DNA of 64,000 nt from Candidatus Poribacteria bacterium (lineage in GTDB: Bacteria; Poribacteria; WGA-4E; PCPOR2b): contig CBDBMC010000001.1 in the NCBI GenBank assembly GCA_965207095.1, forward strand, positions 4,832,635 through 4,896,634, in the 5' to 3' direction. The position numbers and the translations under genes were made by a program. The stretch's first letter is position 1. Each line of letters begins with the position of its first letter. Positions 24,960 through 34,526 of this stretch are shown one piece after another. The notes beneath the pieces were generated by a model. It saw only the letters and a program-made list of their open reading frames with translations. It had not been told where the DNA came from and searched no databases.

Positions 24960-27215
24960 TTAGATCTTGCCCATCGCTTGAAGGACACGCCCTGGCGACA
25001 TTGGCAGTTCTTTCATCCGGACGCCGATTGCACGATAGACTGCATTTGCAATGGCAGCGGGTGGCGCGATGATTGGCGTTTCGCCGACACCCCTAACACC
25101 GTATGGGTGACCGGGGTTAGGAACTTCAACGATAACGGCATCAATCATGGGCAGGTCAAGACAGGTGGGTATACGGTAATCGAGGAAACTGGCGTTGGTC
25201 ATCTCGCCCTTTTCGTTGTAGATGTATTCCTCGTTCAAAGCCCAACCGATACCTTGAACAGCCCCACCCTGTATCTGTCCTTCGACATAGCTGGGGTGGA
25301 TAGCCTTGCCAGCGTCTTGGGTCGCAGTGTATCGCAAGATCTCAATCTTGCCGGTATCCGGATCGACTTCCACATCAACAACGTGTAGACCGATTGAAGG
25401 ACCGGGTTGGTTTGGATCTGCCGTGCCACGTCCAACGACGGGACCGCCAGTTTCATCCAACCTCGCTGCTAGACCTTTGAAGTCGATCTCTTGTTCTTGT
25501 CCGTTGACGGTACTGAATATGCCATCGCCAAATTCCACTTCTCCCGCATCGACTTCCCACAGTTTCGCAGCACGTTCAATCATCTGTTGCTTGACATCCT
25601 GTGCGGCTTCATAAGCGGCATAACCGGTAGCAAACGCGGTACGGCTACCGCCTGTTACAGCGGTGTAACCCACAGAATCGGTGTCAGCCACGGTAGGCGT
25701 GACAGACTCAGCGGGAATGCCGAGCACTTCTGCAGCTTGCATTGCAATCGATGCGCGTGTGCCGCCGATATCGGTTGACCCTTCGACAAGACTGATTGTC
25801 CCATCGGCAGTTACGTTAATCACGACACTCGATTTCATACCGAAGTTGGGCCAATAGCCGGAAGCAACGCCACGTCCCCGATTCTCACCTTCAAGCGGTG
25901 CAGAGTAGTGGGGATGATCCTTTGCAGCTTCAACCGTTTCGACGAAACCGACATGCGGAGTCGGAGGACCATCAATCCGAATATCCCCCTCTTTAGCACT
26001 ATTGAGGACACGGAATTCGAGTGGATCCATCCCGATCTTCTCACAAATCTCGTCAATGACAGTCTCTGCGGCGAATGCAGCATTTGTTGCGCCGGGCGCA
26101 CGGTATGCGGCGGTCTTGGGCTTATTGACGACCACATCATACCCATCAACCGTTCCATTCTCCACCTTGTAGGGCGAGAAAACGCAGAACGACGCTGCTC
26201 CAACGGGTGAACCGGGGTACGCACCGGCTTCAAATGCGAGATAGGCTTCCGCAGCGGTGATCCGTCCATCGTTCGTTGCACCCATCTTCACCCGTACGTA
26301 GGAACCGGGGGTTGGACCTGTGCCTTCAAAGACATCAGCACGACTCATCAGGACCTTGACAGGTTTACCTGTTTTCCTCGAAAGCATAGCGGCGATGGGC
26401 TTGATGTAGACATTAATCTTACCCCCAAAGCCCCCACCGATTTCCATCGGCACGACCTTAATTTTTGAGACGGGGTGTTGGAGAATTTCAGCCACTTGCT
26501 CTCGGACAGCGAATGCGCCCTGTGTACTACACCAGATTGTGAGGTGTCCGTCAGGGTTATACAGTGCGGTCGCATTGTGGGGTTCGATATAGCCTTGATG
26601 GACGGTCTCAGTCGTATATTCACGCTCAACGACCACATCAGCTTCGGCAAACCCTTTTTCGGGGTCCCCCTGTTTGTGCTGGAAGTGACTGGCAATATTG
26701 CTCGGCTTCTCGGACTTTTCCCCCATTTCATCGGTTCTCATGTCCTCGTGCAAAAGCGGTGCATCTTCCTTCATTGCATCAAGCACTTTGATCACCGGCG
26801 GCAGCACCTCATACTCAACATCAATTAGCTCAAGCGCCTCTTCTGCCGTATGGGGGTCAATCGCCGCAACCGCTGCGACCTGATGTCCTTTGTAGAGCGC
26901 CTTGTCGCCAGCCAGCACGTTATCTTGGAGATCTTTCACACTGGCTGCACCTTCTCCAAGATCTGCTATCTTATCTTCAACACTCGGAAAATCTTTCGCT
27001 GTTACAACCGCTCTGACGCCGGGATGGGCTTCTGCGCGGCTGGTATCAATCGACTTAATCCGTGCATGAGCGTGTGGGCTACGCAGCACCTTACCGTGTA
27101 ACAATCCAACAGTTTGGTAATCCGCGCCATATAGGGCGCGACCCGTAACCTTATCAACGCCATCGTGGCGAATGGGACGAGTCCCAACGACTTTGTAGTC
27201 TTTCTTTTCTGCCAT
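24960..27215 (-). CDS. Xanthine dehydrogenase family molybdopterin-binding (large) subunit
   Basis: KVTGRALY, LRSPHAHARI, GGGFGGK, AYRAPG, EGQIQGG, GVGE. Confidence 0.92.
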   Translation of the reverse strand: MAEKKDYKVVGTRPIRHDGVDKVTGRALYGADYQTVGLLHGKVLRSPHAHARIKSIDTSRAEAHPGVRAVVTAKDFPSVEDKIADLGEGAASVKDLQDNVLAGDKALYKGHQVAAVAAIDPHTAEEALELIDVEYEVLPPVIKVLDAMKEDAPLLHEDMRTDEMGEKSEKPSNIASHFQHKQGDPEKGFAEADVVVEREYTTETVHQGYIEPHNATALYNPDGHLTIWCSTQGAFAVREQVAEILQHPVSKIKVVPMEIGGGFGGKINVYIKPIAAMLSRKTGKPVKVLMSRADVFEGTGPTPGSYVRVKMGATNDGRITAAEAYLAFEAGAYPGSPVGAASFCVFSPYKVENGTVDGYDVVVNKPKTAAYRAPGATNAAFAAETVIDEICEKIGMDPLEFRVLNSAKEGDIRIDGPPTPHVGFVETVEAAKDHPHYSAPLEGENRGRGVASGYWPNFGMKSSVVINVTADGTISLVEGSTDIGGTRASIAMQAAEVLGIPAESVTPTVADTDSVGYTAVTGGSRTAFATGYAAYEAAQDVKQQMIERAAKLWEVDAGEVEFGDGIFSTVNGQEQEIDFKGLAARLDETGGPVVGRGTADPNQPGPSIGLHVVDVEVDPDTGKIEILRYTATQDAGKAIHPSYVEGQIQGGAVQGIGWALNEEYIYNEKGEMTNASFLDYRIPTCLDLPMIDAVIVEVPNPGHPYGVRGVGETPIIAPPAAIANAVYRAIGVRMKELPMSPGRVLQAMGKI

Positions 27216-27229
27216 TATGCACTTACCTC

Positions 27230-27703
27230 CTAAGACGTAGTTTGCGCTGCATCTTGGACAGCACGTACAATTTTATCATATCCGGTACAACGACACAGAT
27301 TGCCCGCTAACCAATAGCGGATTTCGTGTTCGGTTGGATTCGGATTTTGGTCTAACAATGCCTTTGCCGCCATGATAAATCCGGGCGTACAAATACCACA
27401 TTGGAGGGCAGCATTTTCTAAAAACGCATCTTGGATTGGATGTAGCTGGTCTGGCTCGGCGAGTCCTTCAATTGTCTCAAGCGATTTCCCTTCGAGTTCT
27501 GCACCAAGCACGAGACACGAATTGACCAGTCGCCCATCAAGAATCACGCTGCAGGCACCGCAGTTTCCATTATTGCAACCTTCTTTGGCACCTGTCAGAT
27601 GGAGTACATCTCGCAAGACTTCAAGCAAGCTCTGGCGAGGTTCGCATAAATATTCAACTGCTTCACCGTTAATTGTTGTTTGAACGTGGACTTTTCTAGG
27701 CAT
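27230..27703 (-). CDS. Xanthine dehydrogenase family 2Fe-2S (small) subunit
   Basis: GCNNGNCGAC..SC, QCGICTPG, NLCRCTGY. Confidence 0.93.
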   Translation of the reverse strand: MPRKVHVQTTINGEAVEYLCEPRQSLLEVLRDVLHLTGAKEGCNNGNCGACSVILDGRLVNSCLVLGAELEGKSLETIEGLAEPDQLHPIQDAFLENAALQCGICTPGFIMAAKALLDQNPNPTEHEIRYWLAGNLCRCTGYDKIVRAVQDAAQTTS

Positions 27704-27709
27704 CTATTT

Positions 27710-28588
27710 TTATGCCTCCTTCACTCGTTGAATTGCACCGTTTAAGGCACGACGTGTCAACACACCGACAAGGTGTGTTCTCTGTTCAGCCGTTCCACGC
27801 ATATCGCTGATTGGACTCGCAATCGCCTGTGCTGCTTCGGCAGCAGCGTTAATGGCTTCGTCGGAAATTTCCTTTCCAGCGAGTGAGGCACCAGCTTCTT
27901 CGGCGAGAAGTGGTGTTGGTGCAACAGCGGCAAGCCCGATCCGCGCGGAGACAATAGATGTCTGCGTATCGTCGAGCACAACGGACGCACCGGCACCGAC
28001 CACAGCGATATCCATCTCATTACGTGGGATAAAACGGAGGTAAAACGAACTGGAATTTTTCGGTGGCGGTGGCACCTTGAATGAAACAAGAAGCTCACCA
28101 TTATCCAAAACGGTCTGTCCCGGTGCTGTGCAGAACGCCTCTGCCGGAACCTCGCGCGTGGATCCATTTGGGCCAGCGATGACGCAAATCGCTCCCAACA
28201 CTATCAACGGCGGTATGGTATCTGCAGCGGGAGAGGCATTACACAGATTACCCCCAACGCTTGCCCTACCTTGGATCGCGGTTCCGCCGATAATCTTGGC
28301 AGCATCAATTAGTCCAGGATATGCGGCAGAGATTGCATCATCCGCGTAGATTTCATGACAGGGAACAGCCGCACCGAGCTCTAAACCGGTGTCAGGGGAA
28401 TATGAAAGCACGTTAGTTTCAGGAAGGTCCTTGATGTCCACCATCCGTTCCAACTGCCGCCGGTTCTCCCGAACCATAACGATGAGATCTGTTCCGCCGG
28501 CCAAGGGTTTTGCTTGATCACCTTTTTCGGCGAGCAAGGAGGTAGCTTCAGCTACAGTTTTTGCGGGAACATATTCAAACGCTCGCAA
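27710..28588 (-). CDS. Xanthine dehydrogenase family FAD-binding (medium) subunit
   Basis: LAGGTDL, ASVGGNLCNASPAAD, PISDMRG; TTG start. Confidence 0.92.
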   Translation of the reverse strand: MRAFEYVPAKTVAEATSLLAEKGDQAKPLAGGTDLIVMVRENRRQLERMVDIKDLPETNVLSYSPDTGLELGAAVPCHEIYADDAISAAYPGLIDAAKIIGGTAIQGRASVGGNLCNASPAADTIPPLIVLGAICVIAGPNGSTREVPAEAFCTAPGQTVLDNGELLVSFKVPPPPKNSSSFYLRFIPRNEMDIAVVGAGASVVLDDTQTSIVSARIGLAAVAPTPLLAEEAGASLAGKEISDEAINAAAEAAQAIASPISDMRGTAEQRTHLVGVLTRRALNGAIQRVKEA

Positions 28589-28674
28589 AGTATCAATCTC
28601 CTTTCAAAGTGAGAGGTTTTATTCACGCTAAATACCCTACATGGGTATTGGAAAACTTAGTAAATAGATATTGC

Positions 28675-28710
28675 ACACTTTATCTTAATCAAAAGTGTCT
28701 GAAATGTCAA
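28675..28710 (-). promoter_or_regulatory. Promoter of the Mo-enzyme operon with an overlapping inverted repeat
   Basis: TTGACA-17 bp-TAAGAT; ACACTTT-N10-AAAGTGT straddles the -10. Confidence 0.6.
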
Positions 28711-28789
28711 CAGAAAAAATCTATAACTTTCGGATGAAAGTTATTAGGATTGGAAACGGGCAGCCTGCGGTGTGAATCCCCACGAGATA

Positions 28790-29392
28790 TTACAACATAG
28801 TTGCCCCTACAATCAAGCCAATCACGCAAGCAATTGCGGTCAATGTGCGCTTTTCGGCTTTGAGTGCACGAGAGATAGAGAAGCGATGTACAGAAGGGTT
28901 GGCATACCTGCGAAGCCGGGGAATGAATCTGGGAACGACCGTATAGTAGGTCTGGTATGCTGCTCCGCAAAAATTCCGTAGGTATGTTTCTTCGGCGGCG
29001 ATAATCGGGAGGTATTGGATAAAATATCCAACCAGCAGCACAATAATCATCCAGTAAACATTGGCGATAATGCAGACACCGAGGCTGAGCAACAGATTTC
29101 CCAAATAGAGCGGATTGCGGACATGCGCGTAGGGTCCGGTTGTAACAAGATTACTGGCAGCGCTTAGGGTCCGCGAACGGGTCGCCCCACCGGCATAGCC
29201 TACTGCCCATAGCCGCAAGAGTTCACCAAGAACCAGAGGGAGCGAACCCGCCAGCGCGGAAGACAATGTGGGACGGGCATAATAGACTACGATTAATATG
29301 AATGGAACCGCGGTGAGACTGCGTAACCGAAAGAGTCGGCGCCCAATCGCGAGGGTGAAGCGCGAGGCACGAGACGTGGTAGATTTGACCAT
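28790..29392 (-). CDS. Isoprenylcysteine carboxyl methyltransferase family membrane protein
   Basis: LRLWAVGY, LVTTGPYAHVRNPLYLG, EE..L, VPRFIP; lies downstream of lptG. Confidence 0.85.
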   Translation of the reverse strand: MVKSTTSRASRFTLAIGRRLFRLRSLTAVPFILIVVYYARPTLSSALAGSLPLVLGELLRLWAVGYAGGATRSRTLSAASNLVTTGPYAHVRNPLYLGNLLLSLGVCIIANVYWMIIVLLVGYFIQYLPIIAAEETYLRNFCGAAYQTYYTVVPRFIPRLRRYANPSVHRFSISRALKAEKRTLTAIACVIGLIVGATML

Positions 29393-29426
29393 CCTGAACA
29401 GCTCCTGAATGTCTCGCTCCCTGGAT

Positions 29427-30488
29427 TTACTTAGGCATTTTCCAAATCAGGACGCCTCCGACAGCCGCGTAAAGCAGATTCGCCCCCCAACAGGCGACAA
29501 TTGGCGGCAATTTCCCGTTTTCACCGAGTCCTTCAAGCGTTGCGAGTGAAATTCCCCAATACATAAATACCAGGAAAAAGGCAACGAGCAGCCCAGCAAA
29601 AAATCCGGCACCACCAAAGCGAATCGAAATTGGGGCACCAATTAGGATTACAACAAACGCTGCAAAAGGATACGCTATCTTATGGTGCATTTTGACCTCC
29701 TCACGCCGTGTCGTCTGCCCCGCCATCTCTTTGTATTTCATCTGCCGTCGCAACTCGCCAATAGTCATCGCCCGTAGATCTTTATTGCTCCCTGCGAAAC
29801 GCTCCGGTTCCTCTGCCCGCTTGATCTGTTTTGTTACAAACGGTTCAAAAGCGGTCTCGGACGCTCCTTCAAAATGCCGGACATATCCCTTTGACAAGTT
29901 CCACTGGTTCGGTGACCATGTGACTGAGTCTGCAAAGATCTCCCGACTGAGTTCGTCATTTTGATCCAATTCATAAATCGTCATCCGATCTATTGTCCCA
30001 TTTTCCAAATCCAGATTCTGGATGTAGAACAATCGATTGTGCTGCCCTTTGAAGAGTACATTTCGGCTCCGACGCAAGCGGATTTTCTTCTGGAGCTGAT
30101 TGGCGCGATGAAAGGCAGGTGAAGCAACCAAATTATAGAAAACTACAAAACCTATGCAGACCAAGAGTATGGTTGCGAGGATCGGAATGAGAAGGCGGTA
30201 AATGCTAACTCCAGCGGTTTGCATCGCAGCTAGTTCGTTGTTTTGAACCTTCCGCCCAAAAACGAAGAAAACGGAGAGAAAACTGGCTAACGGAACCACC
30301 TCTATAATCCGTCGAGGGGCTTGCAAGAGCACAATCTGGACCGCTGTGAGATAAGACACTTCCTCATCAAAACGCTTGATATCTTTATCGAGTAACCGAA
30401 CGATAATGACCAGCGCAATGAAGAAGGTAAGTGCTAACGCAAATGTCCTCAGATATTCAATTAAAACGTATCGTTCAAGAATTCTCAT
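29427..30488 (-). CDS. lptG: LPS export permease LptG
   Basis: MRILERY, NELAAMQTAGVSIYRL, KIAYPF, LPPIVACWGAN. Confidence 0.85.
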   Translation of the reverse strand: MRILERYVLIEYLRTFALALTFFIALVIIVRLLDKDIKRFDEEVSYLTAVQIVLLQAPRRIIEVVPLASFLSVFFVFGRKVQNNELAAMQTAGVSIYRLLIPILATILLVCIGFVVFYNLVASPAFHRANQLQKKIRLRRSRNVLFKGQHNRLFYIQNLDLENGTIDRMTIYELDQNDELSREIFADSVTWSPNQWNLSKGYVRHFEGASETAFEPFVTKQIKRAEEPERFAGSNKDLRAMTIGELRRQMKYKEMAGQTTRREEVKMHHKIAYPFAAFVVILIGAPISIRFGGAGFFAGLLVAFFLVFMYWGISLATLEGLGENGKLPPIVACWGANLLYAAVGGVLIWKMPK

Positions 30489-30593
30489 ACTTCGACTCGA
30501 CTAAAAGGATTAGGAACAATTTATTGGTGAATGTGTCCAATGCCAGTGATTTACGCTTGGTAGCTGTCGATCTATACCCGTGTTCTTTGCTAT

Positions 30594-30697
30594 CAGGACT
30601 TACGCACATTCAGCACGCAGCGCGCGATTTTTTCTTTTTAACCCCCTAGGATGTACCACTTATCAGGGGGATTTATGGACCAACTGCGTAAGTCCTC
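30594..30697 (+). mobile_element. MITE family D (TIR YAGGACTTACGCA) between lptF and lptG
   Basis: CAGGACTTACGCA...TGCGTAAGTCCT enclosing an AACCCCCTA..TTATCAGGGGGA cargo. Confidence 0.75.
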
Positions 30698-30720
30698 TCT
30701 ATAAAGATCGAGACTCCGCA

Positions 30721-31938
30721 TTAGTCTGATTCCCCGACCTCCCGGGGTTCTGTATTTTGAAAGGAAGGTGGCGGCTTCTCTTCTGGGTGTTGCTGGGTTT
30801 CCAATTTGCCCTCCAAGATCACTCGCATTGCACATCCACAACCCAATAACCCGATAACAAGGTTTGGCAGCCAAATTGCGAAACCGGCGGGAAGCACACC
30901 ACTGCGGCCCGTATCCTGGCCAACCTGTAGCAGCAGGTAGTATACAAGAACAAGCCCAAGTCCGATACCAAATCCTACCATCTTGCCACTCCGCTTTACA
31001 ACCAAACCGAGAGGCACACCAATTAGACCGAATACAAAACAGGCGAATGGGATCGAAAATTTCTTGTGATATTCAACCTGTGCATATCGCAACCTATCCA
31101 AGTGAGGTTTGGTTTCGTTTTGGGTTAGGCGATTTTCAAGTTCGCTGATATGGTTTTTCAGTTTAGCGAGCGGCATATTTCGGCTACTCTTGGATTCAAA
31201 CTCTGTCCGTTCCAGCGTCTCTGTAAAGTCAAGGGCGATCTGATCTTTAGCAAAAGCGGTTATGCGAAAACCGTTATCGCTATCGAAAACGGGCTCATAA
31301 GTAACCCCATCATAAAGTGTTAACCACGCCTGGCCGTCTTTAAATCCGACCGTAGCTTCTTTTGCGTTAACAAAGCGTGGTTGACCGGGCCATATTGAAT
31401 CCCATACCTTCACATCCTGTAGACGACCGGTAGCCGGGTCGGTTGATTCGTATAGCCAGAGCTTTCCCTCGCGTTCTAACTCTTTCATTACCACTCCCTC
31501 TTCGAGGACAATAGCGGAGTGCCGTCTACTTATGTCATGCTTCAACGAAACGTAAGCGATGTTACCCCGCGGGAGTGCATAATCCATAAAAAAGAAGTCA
31601 AAAATGCTGAGTACGGTAGAAATAGCCAGCAGGGGCACAAGGATTTGGTGGAAGCCGATACCGTGGGCTTTCATGGCGGTGATCTCGTTATCCGTTGAGA
31701 ACCTGCCAAGTGAGAGCAAAATCCCGACGAGCGTAGCCATGGGAATGGTTACAACGAGGGTCGCTGGCAGCACATAGATCAACAATTGAAACAGATAGTG
31801 GGGACTTACACCTTTGCTGACGAAAAGCTTAGTTAATCTGAAGATTTCGTCTAGCAATAGAATGGAGGTAAAGCAGATAAGTGCTAAGAGGAAAGGAGGG
31901 AAAAATTCCTTGAGGGTATACCTTGTTAAAATTTTCAA
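30721..31938 (-). CDS. lptF: LPS export permease LptF
   Basis: MKILTRY, GRFSTDNEITAMKAHG, KFSIPFAC, AIWLPN. Confidence 0.87.
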   Translation of the reverse strand: MKILTRYTLKEFFPPFLLALICFTSILLLDEIFRLTKLFVSKGVSPHYLFQLLIYVLPATLVVTIPMATLVGILLSLGRFSTDNEITAMKAHGIGFHQILVPLLAISTVLSIFDFFFMDYALPRGNIAYVSLKHDISRRHSAIVLEEGVVMKELEREGKLWLYESTDPATGRLQDVKVWDSIWPGQPRFVNAKEATVGFKDGQAWLTLYDGVTYEPVFDSDNGFRITAFAKDQIALDFTETLERTEFESKSSRNMPLAKLKNHISELENRLTQNETKPHLDRLRYAQVEYHKKFSIPFACFVFGLIGVPLGLVVKRSGKMVGFGIGLGLVLVYYLLLQVGQDTGRSGVLPAGFAIWLPNLVIGLLGCGCAMRVILEGKLETQQHPEEKPPPSFQNTEPREVGESD

Positions 31939-32031
31939 GCCCGTCTAACTCCGGTGGTAAATTCCGCTTTGTACCAAAGCGAAGGATATTTGTCTTTAAT
32001 TTTACCCTATGTTACAGGATCTTAGCAAGCG

Positions 32032-32059
32032 ATTATAAGGCGAATCTTCAAATCGTCAA
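32032..32059 (-). promoter_or_regulatory. Putative lptF promoter
   Basis: TTGACG-16 bp-TATAAT on the minus strand. Confidence 0.55.
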
Positions 32060-32109
32060 AAAAAAGTGACTGATTCCGTTCTAACTCCAGTGCGGTTTTT
32101 AAATTTTTG

Positions 32110-32138
32110 TTGACAATTTTGTGGAAATACCTTATAGT
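32110..32138 (+). promoter_or_regulatory. Sigma70 promoter, divergent from lptF
   Basis: TTGACA-17 bp-TATAGT. Confidence 0.7.
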
Positions 32139-32406
32139 ATGCCCCAATATATTCGGTAGAAGAGGTAATTTTCATACAACATCTTGTGCGGATTGAACTG
32201 AATACTTGTCAGCCCCTCTTCTACATACATATAACCTACGTTTCGACCTATCCCCAACCGATTCTAAATCGTTAGCCAAGTTCACTGTTGCGCGGTGTGA
32301 AGCTTCAGACAAAGCAATTGATTGGGGACATACATATTGAAGCCCTTTTTTAAAAACCCGCTATCATGACATTTTCTATATCATTTTTTCGCTTTGAGGC
32401 TCCTCA

Positions 32407-33429
32407 ATGACAAAAGTAGTCTATTTATTTTTAGTCTTATATCTCAGTCTTGGACCGCTCGCATTCCGTTCCGCTACCGCTCAAATTGAGAGCGCTGAGA
32501 CAAATTCCCACCAACAGGCAGAACAGCTGGTTTCAACGCAATTCGAAGAATCCTCGACACCACGTAAAGCGACCCTATCAACCGACCCAGAAGATATATC
32601 CCGAATTGTGCAAATCGGCGGCAGAGTCAATCTTGCACCGACAGAAACCGTTAATGATATCATCTTAGTTGCAGGAGATGCAAAGATTCAAGGGCACGTG
32701 AAGGGTTATGTATTTGTATTTGGTGGAAATGCCAAAATTGAAAAGGGCGCGCAGCTCGCAGGCAAAGTAACAGTCGTTCTGGGCGAAATTGTTGGTAAAG
32801 AGGCTTTGCGGGAACATACAGACCATGGAGAGGAGGCCTATCAAGAAATCAATGGATTCAAACTGGCAACTGCAGCCGCTTCGTTAATGATGGACGGGAT
32901 GCCAAAGGAGCTGTGGGGCGACCGGCAGTACGCACGGTTTGGTTGGGAATTGATGACCTTCATCACACTGACACTTGTCCATCTGCTGCTCGTACTAATA
33001 TTTCCAGAACAGATAAATAATATGGCATCTACGATTTCTCATCGTCCAGTTGGAAGCACATTCCTCGGATTGATGATTCTGATAATCGTGCCCTATTTGT
33101 CGATCCTCCTCATCCTCTCGATTGCTGGCATTCCGTTTGCTCTGCTTTTGAGTGCCATTCTATTGCCGATAGCGATTTACGGAAAAACTGCAATTTTTCT
33201 CTCAATTGGGGGTACAATCTTCCCGCAACGATCGAATGTTGTCGCGGTCATTGTTGGATACTGGATTTATCGAATGGCAACGGTGGTTCCCTACCTGAGT
33301 ATTCCAACTTTCATTATTGCAAGCACTATCGGGGTTGGCGTTAGTCTCCGAACGCTGTTTGGTCAGAAACCGATTGGGACTACCAACAACCCGCGCAGGG
33401 AGTATGCTCCCTCGAATTATCGTCGATAA
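32407..33429 (+). CDS. Membrane protein with a bactofilin-like beta-helical segment and a multi-TM C-terminus
   Basis: Signal peptide, GG.V/GDAKIQGHVKG/GGNAKIEKGA repeats, then ~5 TM helices. Confidence 0.7.
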   Translation: MTKVVYLFLVLYLSLGPLAFRSATAQIESAETNSHQQAEQLVSTQFEESSTPRKATLSTDPEDISRIVQIGGRVNLAPTETVNDIILVAGDAKIQGHVKGYVFVFGGNAKIEKGAQLAGKVTVVLGEIVGKEALREHTDHGEEAYQEINGFKLATAAASLMMDGMPKELWGDRQYARFGWELMTFITLTLVHLLLVLIFPEQINNMASTISHRPVGSTFLGLMILIIVPYLSILLILSIAGIPFALLLSAILLPIAIYGKTAIFLSIGGTIFPQRSNVVAVIVGYWIYRMATVVPYLSIPTFIIASTIGVGVSLRTLFGQKPIGTTNNPRREYAPSNYRR

Positions 33430-33521
33430 TGCTGGCGATATGCAAGGATTGTCCGGTATTACTACAATCCTAAGCATAGTTGGCTAACACCGAACTCTTC
33501 ATCTGGTCACTAATTTGAGGT

Positions 33522-34508
33522 GTGCTCTTGCGATTGGATCATCCTGGATTTCTTTTTTTACTCCTGCTTCTGCCACTCCTCCTTTGGTATCTGGCTCGAA
33601 AAAATAGCGGGCGAATCCGCTTTTCCGATCTCAGCATCGGTCGCCAGATTGCACCTAGCTTCTGGGTCAGGTCTCTTCCGTTTTTAAATTTTGCACGATT
33701 TCTTGTTATTGTCTTGATGATTTTCGCGCTCGCCCGCCCACAGTCGTCCCATAGTCGTGAACAGATTACCTCCGAAGGTATTGACATTCTGCTCATCCTC
33801 GATATATCTGGAAGCATGCGCGCGGAAGATTTCAAGCCTGACAACCGTTTGCACGCGGCAAAGGCGGTCATCCACGAGTTCTTGGCTAACCGAAAGAATG
33901 ACCGCATCGGACTGGTTGTTTTTGCTGGTGAAAGTTTCACACAGTGTCCCCTCACCTTGGATTATCGGGTTCTTGGAAATCTGCTTTTCAATGTCGAGAT
34001 CGGTATGCTTGAAGACGGCACTGCCATCGGGGATGCCCTCGCCAATGCTACGAATAGACTACGTCATTCAACAACTAAAAGCAAAATTGCGATTTTGCTT
34101 ACCGACGGAGAAAATAATGCGGGGACTATTGATCCATTGACCGCTGCCCAAGCTGCCAAAGCCCTCGCCATCAAGGTGTATACTATCGGCATGGGGAAAG
34201 AGGGTGGTGCGTTCATTCCGTACCATGATCCGATTTTTGGGTTGCAATACAGCCGAACTCGAACCTACGTTGATGAAGAAACGCTCAAACAGATCGCAGA
34301 GATTACAGACGGACGCTACTTTCGAGCGACCGATAATCAGAAATTATCTGAAATTTATGAAGAGATTAACCAACTTGAGACAACGAAGATTGAGGTGACA
34401 GAATACACGCGTTATAAGGAATTGGCAGCGTACCCCCTATTCCTGGCAACGCTCCTGTTGATGCTGGAGATTATCCTGTCAAACACACGCCTACGAAAAA
34501 TCCCCTGA
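33522..34508 (+). CDS. batA: BatA-like von Willebrand factor A protein
   Basis: ALARPQ, DISGSM (MIDAS), QCPLTLD, GTAIGDAL, LLTDGENN, IKVYTIG. Confidence 0.85.
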   Translation: MLLRLDHPGFLFLLLLLPLLLWYLARKNSGRIRFSDLSIGRQIAPSFWVRSLPFLNFARFLVIVLMIFALARPQSSHSREQITSEGIDILLILDISGSMRAEDFKPDNRLHAAKAVIHEFLANRKNDRIGLVVFAGESFTQCPLTLDYRVLGNLLFNVEIGMLEDGTAIGDALANATNRLRHSTTKSKIAILLTDGENNAGTIDPLTAAQAAKALAIKVYTIGMGKEGGAFIPYHDPIFGLQYSRTRTYVDEETLKQIAEITDGRYFRATDNQKLSEIYEEINQLETTKIEVTEYTRYKELAAYPLFLATLLLMLEIILSNTRLRKIP

Positions 34509-34526
34509 ACGTGAAAGGCTGGCTCA

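Noticed and set aside
24960-27215. Aerobic CO dehydrogenase coxL
   Set aside because: Lacks the AYxCSFR and AYRGAGR signatures; gene order alone is insufficient.
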